From positions 6,189 through 70,188 of the forward strand of contig JADQBG010000011.1 of the NCBI GenBank assembly GCA_016278725.1: a stretch of DNA of 64,000 nucleotides, in the 5' to 3' direction. This stretch comes from Actinomycetota bacterium (GTDB lineage: Bacteria > Actinomycetota > Thermoleophilia > RBG-16-64-13). Below are positions 54,016-63,463 of the stretch, piece by piece. The position numbers were made by a program, and so were the translations under genes. Position 1 is the first letter of the stretch. Each line of letters starts with the position of its first letter. Below the pieces are notes generated by a model. It saw only the letters and a program-made list of their open reading frames with translations, had not been told where the DNA came from and ran no database searches.

Positions 54016-54981
54016 CTAGCGCTCGGCCAGCAGCCGCGCGGCCCGAAGAGTGTTCTTGGCCAGCATCATATTGGTCACCGAGCCCACGCCGCCCGGGACA
54101 GGAGTGATGGCCTTCGCCTTCTCCTTGACCTGATCGAAATTCACGTCCCCGACGGTCTTGCTCGGGGCGTCCGTGAGATCTGCGGCGCACTGTCGGCAGG
54201 GGCTTTTCTTGCCGCGGTTGTACGTCTGGCACTCGGGACAGACGATGACACGGTTGATGCCGACGTCGATGACGACCGCCCCCTCCTTCACCTGGTCGGC
54301 GTTCACCAGGTTGGGCACGCCGGCCGCCACGATCAGGTAATCCGCGGTGGTCGTGTGCTTCTCCAAATTCCCTTTCTGCGAGGTGAAGACGTGGGCCGTC
54401 GTGGTGGTTGCATTCCGGTTCAGACAGAGGAAGCTGACCGGCTTGCCCACTATGTTGGAGTGGCCCACCACGCAGATCTCTGCGCCTTCGAAGCCGTCTT
54501 TGGGATCGATGCCCTCGCCGGTCATGTACCGCTCCATCAGTTCGATGCAGGCAGACGGAGTGGCGGGCGGGAAGGTCGGTTCACCCAAAGCCAGCTTGCC
54601 CATGTTGAAAGGGTGAAAGCAATCGATGTCTTTGTCGACGCTAATGGAGTTGATCACCGCCGAGTCGGAGATGTGCTCGGGAAACGGTCTGAGCGGAAGT
54701 ATACCGGATATTTGTGCGTCTTGATTCAAACTATTCACGATCGCGATGACGTCCTGCTCGGAGACGTCCTCGGGGTGGGTCTCTTCCCGGTAGTTGAAGC
54801 CCATCTCGCCGCAGAACTTCTCCACCGCGCCGCGGTACATCTTGGCGCCGAAATTGTCACCCACGAGCAGCGTCGCGATTCCCGGCTCGATGCCCTGGCT
54901 TTTGAGCTCTTCCAGCTCCCGCGCGAGCTCCCCGCGAATCTCCTCCGCGATAGCCTTGCCGTCGATGATCTTTGCCGCCAT
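54016..54981 (-). CDS. folD: Methylene-THF dehydrogenase (FolD family) with zinc-ribbon insertion
   Basis: IIDGK, KDIDCFHP, SNIVGKP, DVGIN, TPVPGGVG; CPEC...CRQC insert. Confidence 0.93.
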   Translation of the reverse strand: MAAKIIDGKAIAEEIRGELARELEELKSQGIEPGIATLLVGDNFGAKMYRGAVEKFCGEMGFNYREETHPEDVSEQDVIAIVNSLNQDAQISGILPLRPFPEHISDSAVINSISVDKDIDCFHPFNMGKLALGEPTFPPATPSACIELMERYMTGEGIDPKDGFEGAEICVVGHSNIVGKPVSFLCLNRNATTTTAHVFTSQKGNLEKHTTTADYLIVAAGVPNLVNADQVKEGAVVIDVGINRVIVCPECQTYNRGKKSPCRQCAADLTDAPSKTVGDVNFDQVKEKAKAITPVPGGVGSVTNMMLAKNTLRAARLLAER

Positions 54982-55098
54982 GCGTCCCCCTCTACCGATC
55001 GAATGATGTTTGCTGTCCTTCGTGCTTCGTACTTCGCCCGGAACGGCGGGGTGCCGGTCCGTCGCTTTCCTCTTGGGCTCCGATTCCCGGGTGAGGCT

Positions 55099-55734
55099 CT
55101 AGCCCAGCTTTTCGTAGGTCAGCCGCAACACCTTCTGCCGCAACTGCCAGACCTCGTCCATGATGGCCTGCATCCGGGCCCAGCTCACCTGGTTGTACTC
55201 CTGGTCCGAGATATAACCCACGTTGATCTTCACATTGAGAGCCGCGCTCTCGGCCGCCGCGTCGGCGAGGAGCACGGCCACGCCGGCGTCGCTGACCGCG
55301 TTGACATTGCCGATCTGAGCCGCCGTCAGGCTGAGTTGAGCCACGCGCAGCGATTGCTCGCCGATCGCCAAGGGCACGTTGGCCGCTTCCTTCAAGGATT
55401 CCTGCATCTTGCGGTCGCGCTCGGCCTTCTGGTCTTCGGTGGCGCGGGGCAGTTTCATCGCCGCGGAGACCGCAGCGTAGGCCTCGGTGTCGCTCTGCAC
55501 CAGATCCTGGAGGAAGGCGCGGACCTCTTCCGCTTCCGCCAGCAGCAACTGAACGCGGTCCTCGACGTCGGCGTACTTCTCCTTGCCGAGCGTGAGATTC
55601 GCGACCATGCTCACCAGCCCCGCTCCCAGCGCGCCCGCCAGGGCGGCGACGCTGCCGCCCCCCGGTTCGGGGCTGGAGGTGGCCAGTTTGTCGAGAAAGC
55701 CTTTGATGCTGCCTTCGACATAGGACTTGCTCAC
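55099..55734 (-). CDS. fchA: Methenyl-THF cyclohydrolase (cyclodeaminase family)
   Basis: PEPGGGSVAAL, MVANLT, GNVNAVSDA, LNVKIN; probable GTG start 55734. Confidence 0.9.
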   Translation of the reverse strand: MSKSYVEGSIKGFLDKLATSSPEPGGGSVAALAGALGAGLVSMVANLTLGKEKYADVEDRVQLLLAEAEEVRAFLQDLVQSDTEAYAAVSAAMKLPRATEDQKAERDRKMQESLKEAANVPLAIGEQSLRVAQLSLTAAQIGNVNAVSDAGVAVLLADAAAESAALNVKINVGYISDQEYNQVSWARMQAIMDEVWQLRQKVLRLTYEKLG

Positions 55735-55753
55735 AGTGATCTCCCTAAAGCCG

Positions 55754-56536
55754 TCATTCCTTCTTGCCCGCCTGTCCATTGCCGAGCACGAACTGGTCCA
55801 CCAGGTCACGCACCGCCTTGCGGCTGACGGCGTCGTCACCCAGCGCAAAGACGTCGCGCCCGGCGAGGTCGTTTTCGAAGATGGCCGGATCCTGGGGAAT
55901 CGTCATCGCAGGCTCGAGCGAGGTGTGTTCGAGCAATGCCTGCACGTCCAGACCCTCCGGCACGCGGTTGACCACCACGTAGCGTTCCTTGACCACGAGA
56001 CCCATCTCGTCGATCAACTCATTGACCCGCTCCACGGTGCGCATCCCGCGCACACTGGGATCGGTGACCACCAACATCACGTCGACGTCTCTGGTGGTGT
56101 GCCGGCTCAGGTGTTCGAGGCCACCCTCGTTGTCCATCAGCACCCAGTCGTACTCCTTGGCCAAGGTCTTGATGTACTCCCGCAGGAGGTTGTTGGCGTA
56201 GCAGTAGCAACCGGGCCCTTCCGGACGGCCCATCACCAAGAGGTCGTAGCCCTTGGCCTCGGCCAGAGCCTCGTGCATCTTGTACTCGATCCAGCTCTGC
56301 TTGTCCCAGCCGGTCGGGATCTCGCGCGCGCCGACGAAAGCTTCTTCCCGCAGGCCGCCCACAGTGGCCGGAGCCTTGACCCCCAGGACCTCGCCGAGGT
56401 TGGCATTCGGATCCGCATCGACCACCAGGATCGGCGCCTCATCGCGCTCCACCAATTCGCGGAGGATGAGGCCCGTCAGGGTGGTCTTGCCCGTCCCCCC
56501 TTTGCCGGCCACCGCCACGGTTCTCGTTTCGCTCAG
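55754..56536 (-). CDS. cooC: CODH/ACS nickel-insertion ATPase (CooC/AcsF)
   Basis: GKGGTGKTT, DADPN, GPGCYC, GLEHLSR; start is either GTG 56518 or a CTG at 56536. Confidence 0.92.
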   Translation of the reverse strand: MSETRTVAVAGKGGTGKTTLTGLILRELVERDEAPILVVDADPNANLGEVLGVKAPATVGGLREEAFVGAREIPTGWDKQSWIEYKMHEALAEAKGYDLLVMGRPEGPGCYCYANNLLREYIKTLAKEYDWVLMDNEGGLEHLSRHTTRDVDVMLVVTDPSVRGMRTVERVNELIDEMGLVVKERYVVVNRVPEGLDVQALLEHTSLEPAMTIPQDPAIFENDLAGRDVFALGDDAVSRKAVRDLVDQFVLGNGQAGKKE

Positions 56537-58488
56537 GACGCGCCTCCGGTCTCGTTCAACACCTTGTCCATGTTGGGGAAGTAGGTCATGTCCGTGTGGG
56601 GCAGGAACATGGCCGCCATATAGTAGTCCATGAAGGTCTGGTTGTCGGAAAGCTCCACGTTGGTCATCGAGGTGGCGATCTGCTCCGCCGAGCGCAGCAG
56701 CTCCTTGGAGAACGACACCAGTCTCGCGCCCAGCAACGAGCCGTTGCCCACGAAGGTGAATTTCTCGAAGTCAATCTCGGGGAACAGGCCGATGGCCTGG
56801 GCCTGCTCGATTCTCAGGTACTTGCCGAAACCACCCGCGACGTAGACCTGCTCCAGGTCGCTCCAGTCGAGCGCCACGCTCTCCAAAAGAGTCTGGATGC
56901 CCGCGTAGATGGCCGCTTTGGCGCGCACCAGGTTGTCGATGTCCGCCTCGGTGATGACGATGTCGTCTCCCGTGCCCGAGTACTCGGCCTCGACCAGGAC
57001 GTACTCGTTCGCCCCCTCGGTCTCCCGCACCCGCCAGGTGTCCAGTTCCGTGCGGAACTTGCCGTTCTGGGTGATCACCCCGGTCTCCAGAAGTTCGGCG
57101 ATGGCGTCGATGATGCCGGAGCCACAGATACCCACCGGGGAGACCTCGCTGATGGTCAGAATCGTGGGATCGTACGTCACCGGGTCGATGCGCACGCTTT
57201 CGACGGCCCCGTCCGTCGCCCGCATGCCGTGCTTTATCCCGCCCCCCTCGAACGCCGGTCCGGCAGAACAGGAGGTGGCCAGCAGCCAGTCTTTGTTGCC
57301 GACCACGGCCTCGCCGTTGGTGCCGATGTCCATGTAGAGCGTGATCTTTTCGGTGCGGAACATGCCGGAACCCAGCACGCCCGAAACGATGTCTCCACCC
57401 ACGTAGCTGGAAACGCTGGGGAAAGTGTAGAGGTGGACATGCCGGCCCACCTCGATCCCGTCGCCCAGATTCGCCGCCCTGACCGGCGGAATGAAGTCCG
57501 CGGGCGGCACGTACGGCGTCATCCGCAAATACTTGGGGTCGATACCGACCAGCAGGCAGGTCATGGTGGTGTTGCCCGCAGCCACCAGGTGGCTGATCTT
57601 CATGCGGTCGATGCCCGAGGAAGCCACCAGGCTGTCGATGATGTCGTTTATGGTGTTGACGATCGCCTGCTGCAGCCGTTCCCGGCCGCGGCTCTTCTGG
57701 GAAAAGACGATCCGGCTGATAACGTCCTCGCCGAAGCTGATCTGCCGGTTGTACTCGGAGGCCTGGGCCAGGCTCACCCCTTGCTTGAGGTCGAGCAACT
57801 GGCCCCAGACGGTGGTGGTGCCGATATCGAGGACCACCGAGTAATCCTCATTGCAGACGGCGCCCGGCTCGAGGTTGATCACCTTGTAGCCGTAATTGGT
57901 GTCGACCACCGTCGCCGTGACCGACCAATCCTGCTCGCGCAGGATGTGCGGCATGTTGCGGATCCAGATGGAGTCGACGGAAGCGTTCTCCAAATGGTGC
58001 TCGTCCTTCAGCCCCTTCTTGAAGCGGGCGAGGTCGTTCAGGTTGTCGAGCGCGCTGGGCTCCGGGAGCGTGAGGCAGACCTTCTTCACCACCGGGTCCA
58101 GGGTCCAGTCCGGAACCAGCGATTCCAGTTCTGCCGGGGTGAGCAGCTTGCCCTTACGGTCGCCCACCATCTCCCGGTCGAGCACCGCCGCATTACCCAT
58201 GCGCGATGTCTCCGGGACGAAGACCACAACATCCGAGCGGAGGTAGGTCTGGCAGGCCAGCCGCAGCCCGGATTCCCAGTCGGCGTCGTCGATTTTGGAG
58301 GCGCGCTCGGCCACGGTCTCGCCGGACACCAGTTTGACCACGCACTTCCCGCAGGAACCGGCGCCGCCACACGAGGCGTTGATGTGGACGCCCGAGCGCA
58401 TGGCCGCGCGCAGAATGGATTCATCCGGGGCGACGTCGCTTATGGCGAGGTCGCCCGGTTGAAAGGTGAGGGTGTAGCGCTCGGTCAC
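56533..58488 (-). CDS. acsV: Reductive activator of corrinoid proteins (2Fe-2S + ASKHA)
   Basis: CGGAGSCGKC, RLACQ, DIGTTT, DIGTNGE, AGPAFEG, GICGSG. Confidence 0.92.
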   Translation of the reverse strand: MTERYTLTFQPGDLAISDVAPDESILRAAMRSGVHINASCGGAGSCGKCVVKLVSGETVAERASKIDDADWESGLRLACQTYLRSDVVVFVPETSRMGNAAVLDREMVGDRKGKLLTPAELESLVPDWTLDPVVKKVCLTLPEPSALDNLNDLARFKKGLKDEHHLENASVDSIWIRNMPHILREQDWSVTATVVDTNYGYKVINLEPGAVCNEDYSVVLDIGTTTVWGQLLDLKQGVSLAQASEYNRQISFGEDVISRIVFSQKSRGRERLQQAIVNTINDIIDSLVASSGIDRMKISHLVAAGNTTMTCLLVGIDPKYLRMTPYVPPADFIPPVRAANLGDGIEVGRHVHLYTFPSVSSYVGGDIVSGVLGSGMFRTEKITLYMDIGTNGEAVVGNKDWLLATSCSAGPAFEGGGIKHGMRATDGAVESVRIDPVTYDPTILTISEVSPVGICGSGIIDAIAELLETGVITQNGKFRTELDTWRVRETEGANEYVLVEAEYSGTGDDIVITEADIDNLVRAKAAIYAGIQTLLESVALDWSDLEQVYVAGGFGKYLRIEQAQAIGLFPEIDFEKFTFVGNGSLLGARLVSFSKELLRSAEQIATSMTNVELSDNQTFMDYYMAAMFLPHTDMTYFPNMDKVLNETGGAS

Positions 58489-58525
58489 GCTACACCCTCG
58501 AACCGTTGTCTGCTGCAGACGCCAC

Positions 58526-60199
58526 CTAGAACAGACCGACGATCTTCCCGTCGCTGGTCAGGTCGATGTTCTCGGCGGCCGGCTTTTTGGGCAGCCCGGG
58601 CATGGTCATCATCTTGCCGCAGACGGGCACGATGAAGCCGGAGCCCGTGTTCAGCCGCACCTCACGCACGGTCAGCCGCCAATCCCTCGGCCGGCCGACC
58701 TTGGTCTTGTCGTCGGAAAGGGAGGCTTGGGTCTTGGCCATGCAGATGGGCAGGTTGCTGTAGCCCAGTTGGTTGATGCGCTCGATGGACTCTTCCGCCT
58801 CGGCGGCGTAATCAACGCCGTCGGCTCCGTAGATCTTGGTCGCGATGGCCTCGATCTTCTCTTTGATGGGCTGCTCGACGTCGTAGAGGAACTTGAAGTC
58901 CGGCTCCTCCTCGGAGCACATGCGCACGATCTCCCGCGCCAAGTCCACGCCGCCTTCGCCCCCGTTGGCCCACACGTCGGACAGCACGACCTTGGAGCCC
59001 ATCTCCTTGACCCGCTTGTCCAGGTGCGCCAACTCGGCGTCGGTGTCGGTGGGGAACTTGTTGATGGCGACCACGACCGGTACGCCGAACAGTTGCATGT
59101 TCTCGACGTGCTTCTGGAGGTTCTCCAGACCTTTGTCCAGCGCGTCGACGTTCTCTTCCTTCAGGTTCTCGAAGGCGACACCGCCGTGCATCTTCAGCGC
59201 GCGAACGGTGGCCACGAGCACCACGGCGTCCGGGACCAGGCCGGCGTAACGGCACTTGATGTCGAAGAACTTCTCCGCGCCCAGGTCGGCGGCGAAGCCC
59301 GCTTCGGTGACCACGTAGTCGGCCAGCTTGAGAGCCAGCTTGGTCGCCTGCACCGAGTTACAACCGTGAGCGATGTTCGCGAACGGGCCGCCGTGAACGA
59401 TGGCGGGAGTGTTCTCCAGAGTTTGCACCAGGTTGGGCATGAGCGCGTCCTTGAGCAGGACGGCCATGGAGCCCGAGGCCTTGATGTCGGCGGCGGTGAT
59501 CGCGTTCCCGTCCTTGTCGAAGCCCAACGTCACCCGGCCGAGCCGCTCCTTGAGATCGTCCAGGTCGTTCGCCAGGCAGAGGATGGCCATGACCTCGGAG
59601 GCCACGGTGATGTCGAAGCGGCTATCCCGTTCGACGCCCTCGCCTTCCTTGCCGATAGTGACGGCGCGCAGGGCGCGGTCATTCAGGTCGACCACGCGCG
59701 GCCAGACGATGTTCTCGGTGTCGATGCCGAGATCGTTGCCCTGGAAGAGGTGGTTGTCGAGGATGGCGGCGCACAGGTTGTGCGCGGTGGTGATCGCGTG
59801 CAGATCGCCGGTGAAATGCAGGTTGATGTCCTCCATCGGGACCACCTGGGCATAGCCGCCGCCCGCGGCGCCACCTTTGATTCCGAAAGAGGGACCCAGA
59901 GAGGGCTCGCGGAGGGTGGTGATGACCGATTCGCCGATCTTGGCGAGGCCCATCGAAAGACCCACGTTGGTGGTGGTCTTCCCCTCGCCGGCCGGGGTCG
60001 GGGTAATTGCCGTGCAGAGAATCAGTTTGCCGTCGGGATTGTCCTTGACTCGATCCATCACATCCAGATGGATCTTCGCCTTGTACTTCCCGTATAGATC
60101 GAGATCATCCTCCGAGAGGCCAAGCTTGTCAGCCACCTCGATGATCGGCTTGAGCTCAGCCTCTTGCGCGATTTCGATATCGCTCTTGTACTCCGCCAA
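58526..60199 (-). CDS. fhs: Formate--tetrahydrofolate ligase
   Basis: [44 protein letters not shown]; start TTG 60199 (GGAGG) or ATG 60223. Confidence 0.97.
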   Translation of the reverse strand: MAEYKSDIEIAQEAELKPIIEVADKLGLSEDDLDLYGKYKAKIHLDVMDRVKDNPDGKLILCTAITPTPAGEGKTTTNVGLSMGLAKIGESVITTLREPSLGPSFGIKGGAAGGGYAQVVPMEDINLHFTGDLHAITTAHNLCAAILDNHLFQGNDLGIDTENIVWPRVVDLNDRALRAVTIGKEGEGVERDSRFDITVASEVMAILCLANDLDDLKERLGRVTLGFDKDGNAITAADIKASGSMAVLLKDALMPNLVQTLENTPAIVHGGPFANIAHGCNSVQATKLALKLADYVVTEAGFAADLGAEKFFDIKCRYAGLVPDAVVLVATVRALKMHGGVAFENLKEENVDALDKGLENLQKHVENMQLFGVPVVVAINKFPTDTDAELAHLDKRVKEMGSKVVLSDVWANGGEGGVDLAREIVRMCSEEEPDFKFLYDVEQPIKEKIEAIATKIYGADGVDYAAEAEESIERINQLGYSNLPICMAKTQASLSDDKTKVGRPRDWRLTVREVRLNTGSGFIVPVCGKMMTMPGLPKKPAAENIDLTSDGKIVGLF

Positions 60200-60242
60200 T
60201 GCCCCTCCCTTTACCTTTTCCATTGTTTCAGCTGGCGCGACG

Positions 60243-60271
60243 ATTCTAAGTGACGAAAGATGCTAACGCAA
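60243..60271 (-). promoter_or_regulatory. Putative promoter of the Wood-Ljungdahl cluster
   Basis: Minus strand TTGCGT-N17-TAGAAT in an AT-enriched intergenic patch. Confidence 0.6.
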
Positions 60272-60315
60272 ATAGGTAAGACCGTTCAAGTTCGGTCTCG
60301 CCCCGCTCCTCCTTC

Positions 60316-61575
60316 CTAGGTGCCGTTCCCCGGACCGGCACTCCTCCTGGCGGCGACCGCCTCGTGCATGACCTGCTTCAGCGAGCGCCCGCTCTGCTCC
60401 GCCACCCGGCGGCAATCCTCGTACTCCGGGGAACAGGTGACCTCGACCCCCTTCCAATAGCCTACCTTGACCGAGACCTCGCCGTCCCCCACAGACACGC
60501 ATTCCGTGCGCCGCTCGAGTTCATGGCGCCCGCTCAGCCTCCGTCTCAGGCCGAAAGTGGTGGATTCGGCAAAGATGGCGTCCACCAGCGGATCTTCGTC
60601 CTCGGGGCGGGCGATCACGGTCAGTTGCACTCCCGGCCGGCTTTTCTTCATAAGCACCGGGACCAGATAGACGTCCAGAGCGCCCAGCGCGAACAGGCGG
60701 CTCTGAAGGAAGCCGAGGACTTCGGGCGTGGCGTCGTCGATGGCGGCTTCGAGGACCAGGCAGGAGGGTTCCGCTTCGGCCAAGGCGTCATCTCCGGATT
60801 CGCCGGGAATTTCGGCGGTCTTCCCCACGACCGCCCGCAGCAGGTTCGGTCCGTGCTCGAGGACGCGATGGCCCGCTCCGTAACCCACGGCCTGCACGGT
60901 CATGGGCGGCAATCCGCCCCAAAAGTCGGCCGCTTCGGTGAGAAGCAGGGCGCCCGTGGGCGTCGTCACCTCGCAGCTTTCCGGCCCGGCCGTGACCGGC
61001 ACACCCTCGAGGAGAGCCAGGGTGGCTGGTGCGGGAATCCCCACATCCCCATGCTCGGTCCGCAGCCTGCCTTGGCCCAGAGGCACCGGCCCCACGGCCA
61101 CGCGCTCGATACCGAGCTCGTGAAGCAGGCTGAAGAAACCCACCACGTCGACCATCGTGTCGACCGCACCCAGTTCGTGGAAGTGGACCTCGTTGACGGG
61201 GACGCCGTGCAGGTCGGCCTCCACTCGGGCGAGACGGTCGAGGGCCTTCAGCGAACGCTGCCGCACCTGCTCGGGCAGCGCAGCCGCCCGAACCAACGCA
61301 GACACCTCCCGGGGCCCCCGGCGCGGCTGCCCGCCGCCATCCTCCACGGTCAGGCGCGTGCAGGCGAAGCCCTTCTCCACCCCACGCTCCGCGCGAACCC
61401 TGACGTTCGGGAGGCCCAGGGCCGCGATCGTCCCGGCGAGCCCCCGTTCCAGGTCTCGCTCCGGAAAAGCGTCGAGGAGGGCCGCCAGGAGCATGTCTCC
61501 GGCTGCGCCCGCCCAGAGGTCCACATATAAAAGCGTCCTCGGTCCGGTCTTGGTCTTATCAGTCTGGTTTTCCAT
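60316..61575 (-). CDS. larC: LarC-family nickel insertion protein
   Basis: GAAGDMLLAAL, VHFHELGAVD, PAPAT, TPTGA, MKKSRPG, PEYED. Confidence 0.92.
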   Translation of the reverse strand: MENQTDKTKTGPRTLLYVDLWAGAAGDMLLAALLDAFPERDLERGLAGTIAALGLPNVRVRAERGVEKGFACTRLTVEDGGGQPRRGPREVSALVRAAALPEQVRQRSLKALDRLARVEADLHGVPVNEVHFHELGAVDTMVDVVGFFSLLHELGIERVAVGPVPLGQGRLRTEHGDVGIPAPATLALLEGVPVTAGPESCEVTTPTGALLLTEAADFWGGLPPMTVQAVGYGAGHRVLEHGPNLLRAVVGKTAEIPGESGDDALAEAEPSCLVLEAAIDDATPEVLGFLQSRLFALGALDVYLVPVLMKKSRPGVQLTVIARPEDEDPLVDAIFAESTTFGLRRRLSGRHELERRTECVSVGDGEVSVKVGYWKGVEVTCSPEYEDCRRVAEQSGRSLKQVMHEAVAARRSAGPGNGT

Positions 61576-61587
61576 GGCAGAAAGACA

Positions 61588-61675
61588 ATCTTATGGTCCC
61601 GCGCTGGGCATCACAAGCGGGTTCGCGGATCTCTCCCGGGTTTTCGTTGCAATAGCGTCCGCATCTTTCTAGACT
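61588..61675. promoter_or_regulatory. Back-to-back promoters for larC (-) and the XRE gene (+)
   Basis: Minus TTGTGA-N17-TAAGAT (61616-61588); plus TTGCAA-N17-TAGACT (61647-61675). Confidence 0.55.
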
Positions 61676-61728
61676 TCGGGATATCGCCGCCAGCGTACGG
61701 AACCCCACCCGAAGCGGACAGGGATGGA

Positions 61729-62100
61729 ATGATCGAAGAGAGGCTCGCGCACTACATCGGCCGGACCGTGAGGCGCCTGCGCCTGGAGCGCGACTTCACC
61801 CTGCAGGCGCTGGCCGATGAGTCCGGTATCTCCAAGAGCTATCTGGGGGATATCGAGAAGGGACGCAAGAACCCGACCACCGACGTCCTCGAGTCGATCG
61901 CTCGAGCCCTGGCGGTGCCGTCGCGGCAACTGCTCTATCAGGCCGCTCTCGACGAAGGTGCGGCGGCGGGAGGTCAGTTGGTCCTGGAGGAGGACCGTGA
62001 CGAAGAGATGGAGGTCCGGGAGATTCAACAGTTGTCCCGCCGTCTGGGCCCTCGGGACCGACGGCTCTTGATAGACCTCGCCCGGCGCCTGTCGAAATGA
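61729..62100 (+). CDS. XRE-family HTH transcriptional regulator
   Basis: TLQALADESGISKSYLGDIEKGRKNPT. Confidence 0.9.
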   Translation: MIEERLAHYIGRTVRRLRLERDFTLQALADESGISKSYLGDIEKGRKNPTTDVLESIARALAVPSRQLLYQAALDEGAAAGGQLVLEEDRDEEMEVREIQQLSRRLGPRDRRLLIDLARRLSK

Positions 62101-63047
62101 GCCGGCCTCCGACTGAAGACCGAGACGAGTTCCGGCCGGGCGGGTCTCGAGCGGGATCCGGCCCCGACGACGCCGGATTCGACGCCGACAATGCCGAGCC
62201 GGGGGCGGCGGATGTGGGGCCGCGAGGCGAGGATCCGGGCCATGGGGCCGACCATGGCGAGCCGGGGCCGGCCGCCAACGCCGGCTCTGCGAGCGGCTTC
62301 TACTCCACGAGGCTTGCCCACTACGGCAGCTGGAGGATGGTGGTGGGGCTCCTGCTGCTGTCCGTGCTCCTGGCCAACCTGGCCGGTCTCGCCATCTCCT
62401 TCGCGGCGCTGGGCCTCGACGTCCAGAGCAGCGAACTCCTGAGCAACCCGGTGACCGTGCTGCTCCTGCTGTTCTTGCAGGCGGTGATCTTCGTTTCGGT
62501 GGTCTACTACTTCATGGTCCGCCGACGGGTGACATCTTGGCGGGAAATGGGAGTGGCCGACTACGGACCGGGGAGCTCCATCCTGCGCGGCCTCGGTTAC
62601 GGGCTGCTCTTCCTTTTCGTATCGGGCGTGGTAGGCATTCTTCAGTCGCTTCTGGGCATCGAGCAGACCGATCCCCTGCCTTTCGACGTGGATACCCACA
62701 GCCTCTTCGGACGCGCCTCGCTGCTCTTCGGAGGCGTGGTGCTCGCCCCCATCAGCGAGGAGATCTTCTTCCGGGGATACATCTTCCGGGCGATGGCCGC
62801 CCGCAAGGGCCTGATCCTGGGGATCGTCTACAGCTCCGCCCTATTTGGCGCCATCCACCTGATACGGGATCTTCCCAGCGATACCGCGGGCCTGCCCGGC
62901 TACTTCTCGGTCTTCCTGCCGATCGCCGTGGGCTCGACCCTGCTGGCAGTCGCGTATCACCGCAGCCGCGACCTCTGGACCCCAATCGTGGCCCACGCGA
63001 TCAACAATGCTTTCGCCATCGGGGTTCTCTTCGCCGCCGGTTCCTAG
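62097..63047 (+). CDS. CPBP (CAAX/Abi) family intramembrane protease
   Basis: Multiple TM segments, EEIFFRG, FGAIH, HAINN; ATGA overlap with XRE gene. Confidence 0.9.
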   Translation: MSRPPTEDRDEFRPGGSRAGSGPDDAGFDADNAEPGAADVGPRGEDPGHGADHGEPGPAANAGSASGFYSTRLAHYGSWRMVVGLLLLSVLLANLAGLAISFAALGLDVQSSELLSNPVTVLLLLFLQAVIFVSVVYYFMVRRRVTSWREMGVADYGPGSSILRGLGYGLLFLFVSGVVGILQSLLGIEQTDPLPFDVDTHSLFGRASLLFGGVVLAPISEEIFFRGYIFRAMAARKGLILGIVYSSALFGAIHLIRDLPSDTAGLPGYFSVFLPIAVGSTLLAVAYHRSRDLWTPIVAHAINNAFAIGVLFAAGS

Positions 63048-63082
63048 CGCCCGCTCCGCCGGTTCCTAGCGCCCGCTCCGCC
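63034..63082. repeat. 22-bp tandem duplication between convergent genes
   Basis: CCGCCGGTTCCTAGCGCCCGCT x2 plus partial CCGCC. Confidence 0.85.
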
Positions 63083-63459
63083 TAGCCCCAGCCCATCTCT
63101 TCCAGCCGCTCGTCGGAGATACCGTAGAAGTGGGCAATCTCGTGAATCACGGTGCGCTGCACCTCTTCGCGCACCAACTCCGGCTCCTCGCCGGCAGCCC
63201 GCTCGAGGGGACGCTGATAGATGACTATGCGGTCGGGAAGCACTCCGGCATACCAGGAACCCCGATCGGTCAGGGGTATCCCGTGGTAGAGACCGAGCAG
63301 GTCCGCGGGATCGGCTCCCTCCATGCCGGCATCCTCCAAGTCGTCTTCGGTGGGCCACTCCTCGATCACCACCTCGACGTTTTCCAAATGAACCAGGAAC
63401 TCCTCGGGCAGGGAATCGAGCGCCTCGGCCACCAGTTCTTGAAAGCGATCCGATTCCAT
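63082..63459 (-). CDS. Zinicin-like metallopeptidase family protein
   Basis: LLGLYHGIPLTDR, PDRIVIYQRP, VIHEIAHFYG; probable ATG 63459. Confidence 0.88.
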   Translation of the reverse strand: MESDRFQELVAEALDSLPEEFLVHLENVEVVIEEWPTEDDLEDAGMEGADPADLLGLYHGIPLTDRGSWYAGVLPDRIVIYQRPLERAAGEEPELVREEVQRTVIHEIAHFYGISDERLEEMGWG

Positions 63460-63463
63460 AGGC

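Noticed and set aside
54982-55098. THF or ZTP riboswitch between fchA and folD
   Set aside because: No consensus elements recognisable by eye; an Rfam scan would be decisive
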